A DNA stretch of 64,000 bases, taken from positions 1 through 64,000 of IMG/VR virus record IMGVR_UViG_3300046455_000477. One strand, written 5' to 3'. Of the stretch, positions 8,596 through 18,842 are shown piece after piece. The first letter of the stretch is position 1, and each line of letters begins with the position of its first letter. Below the pieces are notes generated by a model, which saw nothing but the letters and a program-made list of their open reading frames with translations, had not been told where the DNA came from and ran no database searches. The position numbers and the translations under genes are program-made. Source of the stretch: a virus.

Positions 8596-9524
8596 GCGAG
8601 TCCCCGTATCACCCGACGGATCTCAATCCGGCACTGATCGGGGGGCTGAGGGAGCTCACGCGCGACACCGAGATTGTGTTCTCGCAGCACGTCAGGAAGG
8701 TTCTTCCGCTGGACGGATACGTCTTCTGGCTCAAGGTTCAGCAGACGACGCTTCGGGGTAGTCTCCACACATCAGCGACGCTTCAGCAGTTGGAGGATGA
8801 GACGGTCGCGGTTAACACCGTTGTATTCACGACGAACGAGCAGATTCAGGACTTTGACCTGATCGCGCCGACGATGATGTGGGTTGGTGAGTGGGATAAC
8901 CTGAGGTTCGCGTTTAGTCAACAGGGAAACTTTTTCGAGGCAGCTGGACTGTATCACTACATCGGGCAGGCGCTCGGGTTCTCTATGGATAAGCAGTTGC
9001 TGGATCTGGGGGAGGAGCCCCCGGACGATACTCTGATTGTATCGAACAGTCTTCCGGCTTGGCTTGCTATCAAGGATTACAGGCCGGTCTGGCTGCAACC
9101 CGATAATATTGAATTAGAGATATTTCCGTCGTTTCTGGTTCCGCAGAACTGTGAGCCACCCTTTGGGACAATTCACATAGAGCCCTCCGGAACGCGCCCG
9201 CTCGCGGCGTTCCCGACACTCGGGAAGCGTTTCAAGCACACTCAGTTATCCAGGGACACGGTCAGACTAACGTTCTACGGTTTGACTAACGAGCGGATGA
9301 TGGATTGGTACGAGACCATGATTCGCTACAGCGAGGATCACAGCTACATCGGGATGGGTTCGATGCCCGTCGTGAAGGACGAGAAGAAGATTCAGGTGGA
9401 GTTCGGGATTCTCGGAATGAAGAAGACGATGGATCTGGAGGTGAACTACCTGCAGTCCCAGATGCGCGACTTGGCGCGACAGATGATCCTGTCCGCAAAG
9501 GCAACAGTAACCGCTACTTGGTGA
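8592..9524 (+). CDS. Head closure/tail completion protein
   Basis: ATGA overlap; located in the neck region before the sheath gene. Confidence 0.55.
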   Translation: MSESPYHPTDLNPALIGGLRELTRDTEIVFSQHVRKVLPLDGYVFWLKVQQTTLRGSLHTSATLQQLEDETVAVNTVVFTTNEQIQDFDLIAPTMMWVGEWDNLRFAFSQQGNFFEAAGLYHYIGQALGFSMDKQLLDLGEEPPDDTLIVSNSLPAWLAIKDYRPVWLQPDNIELEIFPSFLVPQNCEPPFGTIHIEPSGTRPLAAFPTLGKRFKHTQLSRDTVRLTFYGLTNERMMDWYETMIRYSEDHSYIGMGSMPVVKDEKKIQVEFGILGMKKTMDLEVNYLQSQMRDLARQMILSAKATVTATW

Positions 9525-9542
9525 ATAGAGGAGACAGGTCAG

Positions 9543-9845
9543 ATGCCGCAGTATCCGAATAATGTTCTCGTTAGCACGATGAACGACAGGACGGTTCCGG
9601 GGGTGACGGGCGCAACGGTCGTAGCGACCGGTGTGGGACGCATTAACCGCGTCAACGTTGTCGTTGCTGGTAGTGCTGCCGGAGCAGTCTACGACGCCGC
9701 CACGGTTCCTGCAGGGACCGCTGCGACTCAGCTTATCTCGCTTCCGAATACTCTGGGTAGCTATCCGATTGACATGCAGTTCACGAACGGTCTTCTCGTT
9801 ACGCCCGGAGCGGGTCAGACGCTGGCGGTTTCCTGGAGGCGGTGA
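9543..9845 (+). CDS. Small virion structural protein
   Basis: GAGGAG RBS; 100-aa beta-rich ORF. Confidence 0.55.
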   Translation: MPQYPNNVLVSTMNDRTVPGVTGATVVATGVGRINRVNVVVAGSAAGAVYDAATVPAGTAATQLISLPNTLGSYPIDMQFTNGLLVTPGAGQTLAVSWRR

Positions 9846-9886
9846 GCTTCTGTGGATAACAGCGGCATCGCTAGGAGATAGCGCCA

Positions 9887-11050
9887 ATGACCAATCAAAT
9901 TGTTACAATCAACGTCAGCCAGAATGTCGGCGCGACTCCCAGCACCCTGCAGAGGACGGGCGCGCTGATCAGTATGGGCGGGACGACCAAGACGGCCAGC
10001 AGTCTGACACTGGTGACGGGGATGCCTGATGTAACCGCCATCCTGGCGCCAGCATCAAGCGCAACGGATGAACTGAGCGACATGGCAACGACCTTCTTTA
10101 GTCAGGGGTCGTCCATTGGGGTTTATATCCTGGAGCTCGGGACCGGGACGCCAGCGGCGGCGATTGGCCTGCTGACGACCTGGCTCAACAATAATCCGCA
10201 GCACGTCTACGCTTTTCTGGTTCCGCGGTCCTGGGACAACGATCCGGCGTTTCTGACCCTGATCGCGCAATACGAGTCAACAACGGCGATGACCTACTTC
10301 TGGGTGACGACGACCCAGGCAAACTACACTCACTACTTGCCGACGATGAAGGACGTTGTCGCCTGGCTGGAGGCTCCGTCTGGTTTGTTTGCGACCGAAT
10401 TCAGCGCGGCGGCGGGGTTCTGGATAACGCTGCACTACAAACCTTCATCGACCAACAAGGTGACGCCGTTCTGCTTCAGCTATGTCTCTGGCGTCACGCC
10501 ATACCCGGTTGTCGGGACAGCACCGTTGCGGTCGCAGCTCAAGGACCACGGCGTCAACATTATCAGCACGGGCAGCGAAGGCGGCATAACAAACGACATG
10601 CTGATCTGGGGCAGCAACATGGACGTGCGACCGTTCAACTATTGGTACAGCGTCGATTGGTGCCAGATCAACCTGAAACTCCAGTTGGCGAACTGCATCA
10701 TTAACGGCAGCAACAATCCGATCAATCCCCTCTACCTTAATCAGGACGGGATCAACCGCCTGGAGGCGGTCGCCGCAAAGGTCATGAACTCCGCTGTCAC
10801 CTTCGGCCTGGCGTTGGGAACGGTCATCCAGCTTGAACTGGATGGTCCCGATCTGGCCGACTACTTCGACAGTGGCGCCGGAGCGGGACAGATCGTCATC
10901 AACGCGGTTCCGTTTGTCGCTTACTACACGGCCAATCCAGGCGACTATAAGATTGGGGTCTATGATGGTTTGAGCGTTACCTATACGCCGTTGCGTGGCT
11001 TCGATAATATCACCGTTAACCTGAATGTCAGTGACTTTGTCACCGCATAA
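9887..11050 (+). CDS. Tail sheath protein (DUF3383-like)
   Basis: AGGAG RBS; IVTINVSQ N-terminus; YWYSVDW and PLYLNQDGINRL motifs. Confidence 0.8.
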   Translation: MTNQIVTINVSQNVGATPSTLQRTGALISMGGTTKTASSLTLVTGMPDVTAILAPASSATDELSDMATTFFSQGSSIGVYILELGTGTPAAAIGLLTTWLNNNPQHVYAFLVPRSWDNDPAFLTLIAQYESTTAMTYFWVTTTQANYTHYLPTMKDVVAWLEAPSGLFATEFSAAAGFWITLHYKPSSTNKVTPFCFSYVSGVTPYPVVGTAPLRSQLKDHGVNIISTGSEGGITNDMLIWGSNMDVRPFNYWYSVDWCQINLKLQLANCIINGSNNPINPLYLNQDGINRLEAVAAKVMNSAVTFGLALGTVIQLELDGPDLADYFDSGAGAGQIVINAVPFVAYYTANPGDYKIGVYDGLSVTYTPLRGFDNITVNLNVSDFVTA

Positions 11051-11064
11051 TGGGAGAGTAAACC

Positions 11065-11502
11065 ATGCCCAACCCGCTGATCGATCAGGGCGTTGTCAAT
11101 CGCCTTCGCGGTAGCCTTGTCCTGCCTGATAATCCTTCCCTCAACATAACTGCCCCCTATCTTGGCCGTGCCGGGATCAGGTTGGCGCTGCAGGGTCAGG
11201 CGACCGTCTATCTGCCGACACTGACCGGCGCTGTCAGGTCGCCGGAGCCCTACATGATGATCCAGCTATCAGCCAACCTGCTTAAGTCGCAACCGTTGTG
11301 CGATGCTTACAAACGTCGCATGGAGACTGATAGCGCGCTCGGCAACGGCACTGTCCGAACAGACAGTAGCACCCTGTCGGTCTATGAGTTGATCAACCTG
11401 TCGGTTGCCGAGGTGCGAGAGTTAAGCTTCACCGGGGAGGACGCTGACTTTATCATTACGATCATCGGCTACTACTCAACTAATTCCTCTCTGTTTGGGT
11501 GA
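11065..11502 (+). CDS. Tail tube protein
   Basis: 145 aa, directly after the sheath gene; GGAG RBS. Confidence 0.7.
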   Translation: MPNPLIDQGVVNRLRGSLVLPDNPSLNITAPYLGRAGIRLALQGQATVYLPTLTGAVRSPEPYMMIQLSANLLKSQPLCDAYKRRMETDSALGNGTVRTDSSTLSVYELINLSVAEVRELSFTGEDADFIITIIGYYSTNSSLFG

Positions 11503-11506
11503 TGGT

Positions 11507-11731
11507 GTGAGCAAACAATTCAACACCCAGATGCCTGAAGACATAGAACCTATTCTGCAATTCTTCGCTTACGACCATCTGCCGCCGCATCTGGCGGCGA
11601 TCAGTCAACAATTCAGTCTTCTGGCCCAGGCGGTGGTTGATGTTTTGCCGCGCAACCCCGAGCGCACGGTGGCGCTGCGCAAGTTACTGGAAGCGAAGGA
11701 CGCCGCCGTTCGCGCGCGGCTCTATCAGTAA
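11507..11731 (+). CDS. Small helical-hairpin phage protein (FFAYDHLPPHL...LRKLLEAKD family)
   Basis: Recognisable widespread phage motif; start uncertain (GTG 11507 or ATG 11531). Confidence 0.6.
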   Translation: MSKQFNTQMPEDIEPILQFFAYDHLPPHLAAISQQFSLLAQAVVDVLPRNPERTVALRKLLEAKDAAVRARLYQ

Positions 11732-11757
11732 ACTCTGGAAGCAAGGGTTGAAGCGTT

Positions 11758-12333
11758 ATGCGACTAAACGAGCGGCTAAACTTTGTCTTGCCGCTGTATC
11801 GCGGGGACGACGATTGCTACGCGTGGGTCCACGCGGCACCGATCAGCCGCGAGGTCTTTGAGTCAAACTACCTGCTGCTATCGAAGACTTTCACGGCTAT
11901 TCACAGCGAGGGCCTGGGCGAGATCGCCGGTCCCAAGATCGCAAAACTCCTGCTTAATGATGTCGCCAAAAGCATGGACTCCAGCAATCCGGATATCGTA
12001 ACGCGACCGTTGCTAAACGAAATACGTCGATTGAGCAACGTCATGCTGAAGACCGCCACAGCGTGGGAGACCATGCCGCTGCAGGACGCGATCCAACACA
12101 AGCAGCTGGACGAGGAGGACATCGGGGAGGTCGAGAATATCCTGACTTTTTTTACTGTCGTCTTGCATCTCTATCCGAAAAACATGCGTCAGGCCTATCT
12201 GGATGGCGCTACGAAAATGTGGGGTGCTCAAATGCTATCATCCAATTCTACGGAGTTTCTCAATTCTTTGCCGACCTCGAGCGAGATCGTCAGCATTGGC
12301 GCGAAGGCGATAGCATCGTCGGTGCCATCCTAG
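11758..12333 (+). CDS. Tail assembly chaperone; probable -1 frameshift product extends to 12473
   Basis: Between tube and tape measure; in-frame slippery T TTT TTT at 12147-12153; -1 frame open to 12473. Confidence 0.7.
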   Translation: MRLNERLNFVLPLYRGDDDCYAWVHAAPISREVFESNYLLLSKTFTAIHSEGLGEIAGPKIAKLLLNDVAKSMDSSNPDIVTRPLLNEIRRLSNVMLKTATAWETMPLQDAIQHKQLDEEDIGEVENILTFFTVVLHLYPKNMRQAYLDGATKMWGAQMLSSNSTEFLNSLPTSSEIVSIGAKAIASSVPS

Positions 12334-12475
12334 ACTGGGTCATGAATGACGGCTTCGTTAAATTCTTCGAAGACTACGACCTGGAGTTTGCTTACCAATC
12401 GGCGGCTGAATTTAGACAGCGGCATCTGGTCAACGGTCTGGCTAGGCAGATGTCCAGGATCATGGGAGGCTAGAC

Positions 12476-14668
12476 TTGGCGGTTAAGTCTGTCATTGATA
12501 TTGAAGTCAACGACGCTTCGTTTAAGAAGTTTGTCGAGTCGTTCAAAGACTATCAGGACATGCTTGGCAAGCAGCCGAGGAATTGGCAGGGGTTAAACAG
12601 CGGAATCGATAAAGCCGTCGCATCGCTTGACAAGCTGGTCAGCTCGTTTCAAGAGATGGTCGATCTGACGCGGGAGCGTCAGAAGATCGGTGAAAATGTA
12701 ACAACGCAGACTCGCGGTCAGACAACGCACGTCGAGCGGCAGGCTCAGGTGTGGAAGAACCTGGGACGGACGATCAAGGACGCGGCTGGTCACATCGTTG
12801 GCATGACACGGTCGCTGCTGAGCTGGGGAACGCTGACCGGCGTTCTGTCTGGCCTGCTGGGTGCCGGTGGACTGTTTGGCATATCAAGGCTGGCGCAGGC
12901 GGCGCAGGGCTACAGGCGGTCCTCTCTTGGCCTGGGCGCTACGGTTGGCGAACAGCGCGCCTTCACGCTTAGTTATGGCCGCATGGTCAACGCGGGGAGT
13001 GTCCTGGGAGGCGTCAGCGAGGCGCTGTCTGATCCCAGCAAGCGCGGGACGCTTTATCCGTTCATCAAGGAGCCGGAGCTGAAGGGCAAGGATACCGGCG
13101 AAGTCGCGGTCTTGCTGATGCAGCGGATGAAGGAGATGCTGGACAAGACTGATCCAAGCATGATCGGCGCCGTCCATGGCTCCATGAATATGGGGCAGTT
13201 CATAACGCCCGAAGAAGCTCGGGCAATGCGAGCAACGCCAAAGGCCGAAACAGACGCTTACGCCAAGCAGTACGAGGCGTTGATCAAGACGCTTGATCTG
13301 ACCAAGCAGCAACAGAAGGTTTGGTCAGATCTTGCAACCCAACTCAAGATAAGTGGCGAGCAGATAGAGACGCTGTTTGTTAGGAAGCTGACCGGCTGGG
13401 CACCGCAGCTTTCGTCGATATCGGACTCGCTTAAAAGCATGTTTGAGACAATGCTCAACAGCAAGGTGTTGGAAGGCTGGATAAAGGACGTGGAGGGTGC
13501 GCTCAAGACTCTGGCGCAATACATGAAGACCGACGCTTTCAAGACGGATGTTGAAAATTTCATGAATAAGGTCGGGGAATTCGTTAAGGGTGTGGGAGAA
13601 ATGATATTGGCCATGGGGCGCTTCGTTACCTGGGTAAGGAGTCTTCCCTTCTTTAAGGAGAAGCTTGAGAACAAGGCCAGTCCCGAGGTATGGCCGGAGG
13701 ACAAGAGTGACCTGGACAAGGCCAGGGAGAAGCGCGCAGCCGAGATCCAAGAAGACATGAGAAAGCGGGGGTTGAACCCTGATTCCGACACCCCCATAAA
13801 CGAAAGGGAGCAGGCTCCGTGGAGCCCATTTAACAAAGACGCGACCGGTTTCAAGGAAGGCTTTAAGCAATTTTTCAGGGACCTTTTTCCGCATAATCGA
13901 AAGGAGGGCGAGGAGACACCGGAGGGGGAGCGATCCCTCTTCATGGAGCTTATGCGCCTGTTGCTGAAGAAGTCGCGGGACGATGAGAAGACGCCAGCCG
14001 TCATGGGGCCATCGACGACCGGTTATCACGTCCAGCCTTTTGGTGATCTGATGCATCAGGTCCGCGCCAACATTTCCGGCGGCGCAGGCGGCGGCGTGGG
14101 TGGTTGGCCCGGTGGCGGCGGCGCGCAGGTCACAAACGCCGTCTACCGCCCTCCAGGCGTCAGCAACGGCAGCCTGGCAAACAATGAGGCTGTAACCGAA
14201 CAGTTTTTTAGGGACAACGGTTTCAGTGATGCCGCGGTCGCCGGTCTTATGGCCAATATCAGTGCTGAGTCTGGCTTTGATCCGCAGCGGGTCAATAAAG
14301 TAGGTGGCGATGCCGGTTTGATGCAGTGGCGCGGCGACCGGGCGAAAGAGTTCTTCAGGCAGTATCATCACACAGTTCAGGAAGGAAAGTTGCAGGAGCA
14401 ACTCGACTATGCGCTATGGGAACTGACGCAGGGGCCGGAGCGCGCGCATGGCGATATCCTGCGCCGCATGACTGATCCTGGCCGCGCTGGTCGTTATGTC
14501 TCGACTGACATAGAGCGTCCCCATGATCCCAGTGGCAGGGTGGCTGGCGAACGGGAGGCCGAGGCGGTCAGACGCTATCGGCGCTATAATGTCGGCGGCT
14601 TAAAGGTCGAGATACATAATAACACCGGCGGCGCTGCAGCCGTCAAGACAGCGGCGCTGCCGACGTGA
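12476..14668 (+). CDS. Tape measure protein with C-terminal phage tail lysozyme domain
   Basis: TTG start with GGAGG RBS; long helical region; AGLMANISAESGFDP...GLMQW...QLDY lysozyme motifs. Confidence 0.8.
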   Translation: MAVKSVIDIEVNDASFKKFVESFKDYQDMLGKQPRNWQGLNSGIDKAVASLDKLVSSFQEMVDLTRERQKIGENVTTQTRGQTTHVERQAQVWKNLGRTIKDAAGHIVGMTRSLLSWGTLTGVLSGLLGAGGLFGISRLAQAAQGYRRSSLGLGATVGEQRAFTLSYGRMVNAGSVLGGVSEALSDPSKRGTLYPFIKEPELKGKDTGEVAVLLMQRMKEMLDKTDPSMIGAVHGSMNMGQFITPEEARAMRATPKAETDAYAKQYEALIKTLDLTKQQQKVWSDLATQLKISGEQIETLFVRKLTGWAPQLSSISDSLKSMFETMLNSKVLEGWIKDVEGALKTLAQYMKTDAFKTDVENFMNKVGEFVKGVGEMILAMGRFVTWVRSLPFFKEKLENKASPEVWPEDKSDLDKAREKRAAEIQEDMRKRGLNPDSDTPINEREQAPWSPFNKDATGFKEGFKQFFRDLFPHNRKEGEETPEGERSLFMELMRLLLKKSRDDEKTPAVMGPSTTGYHVQPFGDLMHQVRANISGGAGGGVGGWPGGGGAQVTNAVYRPPGVSNGSLANNEAVTEQFFRDNGFSDAAVAGLMANISAESGFDPQRVNKVGGDAGLMQWRGDRAKEFFRQYHHTVQEGKLQEQLDYALWELTQGPERAHGDILRRMTDPGRAGRYVSTDIERPHDPSGRVAGEREAEAVRRYRRYNVGGLKVEIHNNTGGAAAVKTAALPT

Positions 14669-15435
14669 GCGGCATCCTTGGTAGCATCGGTAGCAGCGCT
14701 TTTAAGCTGGCGTTTGAAATATCGCCAATCGTTTTGGTAGGCGGGATAATCCCAGGCGGCATTCTGCCAATCGTCGCGATCACGCAATCCGCCAGCTTCC
14801 TGCAAGGCATCCTGTCTGGTCAAAACCCGCTCGACTTAGACGATCACTTCGCGCACTTTCAACCCGTGCCGGGCGCTGAACTGATCAGCAACCAGATCGG
14901 GACTTATCCGTTCGCCAACAGTGCCGTTGCCGCAAACGCGGTCATCAGACAGCCGATTAATTTTTCAATGCTGATGATCGCGCCTGCCAAGGGGGCGTTT
15001 GGCTTTGCCACCAAGCTGGCGACGATGATTGCGATGAAGATGGTGCTCAACCAGCATATCAGCAGTGGTGGGACTTTCACGGTCATAACGCCATCGTTCT
15101 TTCAGACCAATTGTCTGTTGACCAACGTGCGCGACGTGTCGCCTGGTCAGACCAAGCAGACGCAGATCGAATGGCAGTTTGACTTTACTGCACCGTTGCT
15201 GACCATCAACGATGCACAATCGATCATGAGTTCATTGATGAACAAGATATCTGGGGGTTCGCAGATTGACGGCGCGCCAGCCTGGTCCAACGCCAGCAAT
15301 GTGGTTGGCAATGCCGATGTGGCGATTGCCCCCAGCGTTGTCCCGGCTACGACAGGCCTGCCAGCGGCGACCGTCGCGCCTAACATCCCTGGTCCGATTA
15401 ATGCTTTTCCTCCACTCGGACCGGGGCTTGGTTGA
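14665..15435 (+). CDS. Tail tube initiator/baseplate protein
   Basis: GTGA overlap with the tape measure gene; myovirus gene order. Confidence 0.55.
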   Translation: MSGILGSIGSSAFKLAFEISPIVLVGGIIPGGILPIVAITQSASFLQGILSGQNPLDLDDHFAHFQPVPGAELISNQIGTYPFANSAVAANAVIRQPINFSMLMIAPAKGAFGFATKLATMIAMKMVLNQHISSGGTFTVITPSFFQTNCLLTNVRDVSPGQTKQTQIEWQFDFTAPLLTINDAQSIMSSLMNKISGGSQIDGAPAWSNASNVVGNADVAIAPSVVPATTGLPAATVAPNIPGPINAFPPLGPGLG

Positions 15436-15704
15436 TGGCGACCTTGGTCCCCTTCCTGCCGTCGCCAATCAGCGCTTTCCGCTTTAGCGCGACCTTTGAC
15501 GACGCGCTCCACGATTGCATTGTGCATTGGAACGTTGTCGGTCAGCGATGGTATCTGACGGTCGTCCGCCAAGACGGCACGCGCATCGTGACCATAGCGC
15601 GGGTCGCAAGTCCGGATAATTACGACATCGACCTGATAGCTGGTTACTTCGCTTCGACCATGGTCTTTCGTCAGTCAAGTCAAATGTTTGAGATTAATCC
15701 ATGA
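15435..15704 (+). CDS. Small baseplate (plug-like) protein
   Basis: WNVVGQRWYL motif; overlapping stop/start. Confidence 0.55.
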   Translation: MATLVPFLPSPISAFRFSATFDDALHDCIVHWNVVGQRWYLTVVRQDGTRIVTIARVASPDNYDIDLIAGYFASTMVFRQSSQMFEINP

Positions 15705-16714
15705 GGTATTACTCAGTAACCATAACCAATCCCAGTACAGGCAAGACTATCCTGCCGTCAAGTCTCAAAGGCAACATCATCTCAAGTTTAGACACCGCAG
15801 GCAAGTTTAATCCGCAAGCGCTCAACATTGAATTTGATCTGGCGATGCCAACGTTCAACGCACCTGATCAGGACGGCTGGTTGCGGATATGGGGACTTTC
15901 TCTGAAGGACCTTGGCTCCGCCTTTGACCTAAACAGGATGGTGGTCGATCTGAGCGTGGGCATGTCCAAGGGCCTGCCGCTTGCCAAACCAGATCAGCAA
16001 GGCCTGATCATGCACGGCATGATCAAGGCGGCATACGGTAACTGGATTGGCGTTGATCAGACGCTGGACATGAATTTTATGGCTGATACCGGCGGGCCGC
16101 AGGTAGCGGATAATAAGAACTATCCCTTCGTCTGGCGCAAGGGGGAGGAGTTGTCAACAGCCATAGGGCGGACGCTGGCGACAGCTCTCAAGGGATTTAA
16201 GCAGGACATCCGTATCAGTAAGAACCTTGTCTTGGCTTACGACGAAAGCGGCTTTTATCAGTCGGCGCAACAATTCAATGATTACCTGAACGACCGCGCC
16301 AAGGCGATCCTAAAGAAAGCCAATTATCAAAGCATAACGATTTCGACGGATGGCTCAACCGTTCACGTCACGGACGGAACGGTTTCGGAGGGGGAGAAGG
16401 AGACGACCGAGATAGCGTTCGAGGATTTGATCGGGCAGCCAACCTGGATCGGGACGCTGGAGATCTCCTTCAAGACGGTTCTGCGCGGTGATCTGCATGT
16501 TGGTAACTATGTCAGGCTACCAAGGGGACCACGCCAGTTGACGATAGCCAGTAACAGCGGCTTTAGTCAGGAACAAAATCCGGCCAACAAATCAACCTTT
16601 GAGGGAAAGTTCTATATAAAGGATGTTCACCACTACGGCAACTTTCGCCAGCCTGACGCCGAAAGTTGGAACACAACAGTCATAGCCGCGCAATCGGAGC
16701 CTAAAAATGTCTGA
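15701..16714 (+). CDS. Baseplate hub protein
   Basis: DLIGQPTW and HYGNFRQPD..SW motifs; precedes the spike gene. Confidence 0.65.
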   Translation: MRYYSVTITNPSTGKTILPSSLKGNIISSLDTAGKFNPQALNIEFDLAMPTFNAPDQDGWLRIWGLSLKDLGSAFDLNRMVVDLSVGMSKGLPLAKPDQQGLIMHGMIKAAYGNWIGVDQTLDMNFMADTGGPQVADNKNYPFVWRKGEELSTAIGRTLATALKGFKQDIRISKNLVLAYDESGFYQSAQQFNDYLNDRAKAILKKANYQSITISTDGSTVHVTDGTVSEGEKETTEIAFEDLIGQPTWIGTLEISFKTVLRGDLHVGNYVRLPRGPRQLTIASNSGFSQEQNPANKSTFEGKFYIKDVHHYGNFRQPDAESWNTTVIAAQSEPKNV

Positions 16715-17282
16715 CAATACCCAAAAGACGCCGGTTGGGATCAGCCTGAACCGGTTCGCGTCAGGCAAGGCCAAGGACGCCATCCAGAAGCTTGGTAAGT
16801 CCCTACCCGCGTCGGTCGTCAGTGTCAGGGGTTCTATTGTGCAAGTTAAGTTCGAGATCGCAAGCAATGTCTTTACACTACCAAACGTGACCATCCCGCT
16901 GATTGGAACCGAGTATGTGCGACCTCCTATTCAATCCGGATGCAAGGGTTTTGTCTTGGCCGCTGATGCTTATCTTGGTGGCATGTCGGGTATTGGTGGC
17001 GGTGTTGCCGATCTAACGCCGCCTGCCAACCTGACGGCGCTTGTCTTTGCCCCGATAGGGCATAACGGCTGGTCAACGGTTGACGGCAACGCCGTCGTCA
17101 TCTATGGCCCCAATGGCGTTGTGCTAAGATCGGAGGATGGGCGAACATCCCTGACCCTAACTCCAACCGGCATTCATGTGCAGACCGGTGGTGACTTCAC
17201 GGTTAACACGATCAGCATCCTGCATCACGTTCACAAAGATGTCCAGCCGGGTGGTAGCTTGTCGGGAGAACCCAAGGCGTGA
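16707..17282 (+). CDS. Baseplate central spike (Gp138/gpV-like)
   Basis: N-terminal OB-like region; C-terminal HHVH..VQPG HxH metal-binding tip. Confidence 0.75.
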   Translation: MSDNTQKTPVGISLNRFASGKAKDAIQKLGKSLPASVVSVRGSIVQVKFEIASNVFTLPNVTIPLIGTEYVRPPIQSGCKGFVLAADAYLGGMSGIGGGVADLTPPANLTALVFAPIGHNGWSTVDGNAVVIYGPNGVVLRSEDGRTSLTLTPTGIHVQTGGDFTVNTISILHHVHKDVQPGGSLSGEPKA

Positions 17283-17629
17283 GGACCTACGGACGGACCT
17301 ACGACCTGTTCGGCAAGCCGACGTGGCAGGTTGTGCAGACAGACGCCAACGGCGCGGACGACATGGTGTGGGTCACGACGCTCATCCAGACGCTGAAGCT
17401 GAATCTAGGGGAGTCACCGTTCTTCGCCAACTATGGCATTCCGGCGCACAGCAGCGTCATGCAACAGATATTCCCCGATTACTACATTGCTTACACGCAA
17501 CAGCAATACAGTCAATACTTCGCCAGCCTTATCGTCGCGCGGTTGCCGACGGCGACTCCGCAGTATAGTGTCCAGGTCGTCACCCATCAGGGCGTCCAGC
17601 TAAACGTCTCCGTTCCAATTCCGGGATAA
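17279..17629 (+). CDS. Baseplate wedge protein (gp25/W-like position)
   Basis: LKLNLGESPFFANYGIP motif; between spike and baseplate J. Confidence 0.6.
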   Translation: MRTYGRTYDLFGKPTWQVVQTDANGADDMVWVTTLIQTLKLNLGESPFFANYGIPAHSSVMQQIFPDYYIAYTQQQYSQYFASLIVARLPTATPQYSVQVVTHQGVQLNVSVPIPG

Positions 17630-17635
17630 AACCTT

Positions 17636-18838
17636 ATGGCCCTGCTCCCCGTTGTCCTTGGTCCAGACGGCATGATCCCGGTTCAACCGGCTGACCTGCA
17701 TCAGCGGCTGTTGGCGGCGGTCGCCTTGCTGGCGCCTGGTTACGAGGGACGCTTGCCTGGTTCGCTGGTTGAAGACATAACCAGCACAGACGTTGGTGCG
17801 CTTGTCATCTGCGATCAGGCAAGGGTCGAGGTCATCAACAGCATAACGCCACGCGGCGCCAATGCGTTCCTGCTTAACCAGCTTGGCCACGTCTACGGGG
17901 TCATGCCTGGCATCGCGACAAACACAAGTTGCTATGTCGTTTTCAGTGGGCCCGTCGGCTACGTCGTGAGTCGGGGCTTTGTCGTCAGCGACGGGACCAA
18001 CCAGTTCACTCTGCCGGACGGCGGTATTGTGCAAACCGGGGGGGCGACCCTACCGCTGTTTGCCGTCAGCGCGACCCCCGGTCCCTTTGCCGTCCCGGCG
18101 CACACAGTCGTTAATCTTGTGACCAGCGTCCCGACAGCCGTCGCCCTGACAGTCACGAATCCGTTGGACGGCACGCCCGCGACCGATGCCGAGACTGAGA
18201 CGATCTATCGGGCCAGGGTCCTGACGGCGGGTCTGGCGGCGGCGCAGGGCACACCGCGTTTTCTAAAGACTTTGCTGGGCAACGTGCCTGGAGTTGAGTA
18301 TCGTCTGATCAGCGTCAGGCAGATCGGAACCGAGTGGGGCGTCATCTGCGGCGGATCAGGCGATCCCTATCAGATCGCCTATGCGATCTTTCAGGCCATC
18401 TTTGATACAGCAAACCTTGTCGGTTCAACGATCAATAGCGCGCGCAACGTCATCGTTACGATAAACGACTATCCGGACAGCTACGTGATTCCCTTCATCG
18501 TCCCGGTCCTGCAGAAGACGACGATGGCGGCGACGTGGAACACCAACTTTCCCAACTTCGTCAGTCCGGCCGGAGTCGCACAGTTGGCGATTCCCGAGCT
18601 GGCCGCATACGTGAACAGTATTCAGGTTGGTCAGCCGATCAACGTCCTTGATCTGGAGGAGACGTTTCGCGCGGCCATCGAGAGCATCCTTCCGCGTCAG
18701 TACATCACGCGCCTCGTCTTCAACGTCTTGATAAACGCTATCGCGACGGCGCCACCAACAGGCACGACGATTATAGCCGGGGATCCGGAGGGGTTCTTCT
18801 CGATATCGCAAGCAGACATAACGGTCCTGCAGGGTTAG
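17636..18838 (+). CDS. Baseplate J-like protein
   Basis: 400 aa; ET..YRARVL motif; gene order. Confidence 0.75.
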   Translation: MALLPVVLGPDGMIPVQPADLHQRLLAAVALLAPGYEGRLPGSLVEDITSTDVGALVICDQARVEVINSITPRGANAFLLNQLGHVYGVMPGIATNTSCYVVFSGPVGYVVSRGFVVSDGTNQFTLPDGGIVQTGGATLPLFAVSATPGPFAVPAHTVVNLVTSVPTAVALTVTNPLDGTPATDAETETIYRARVLTAGLAAAQGTPRFLKTLLGNVPGVEYRLISVRQIGTEWGVICGGSGDPYQIAYAIFQAIFDTANLVGSTINSARNVIVTINDYPDSYVIPFIVPVLQKTTMAATWNTNFPNFVSPAGVAQLAIPELAAYVNSIQVGQPINVLDLEETFRAAIESILPRQYITRLVFNVLINAIATAPPTGTTIIAGDPEGFFSISQADITVLQG

Positions 18839-18842
18839 GCGG

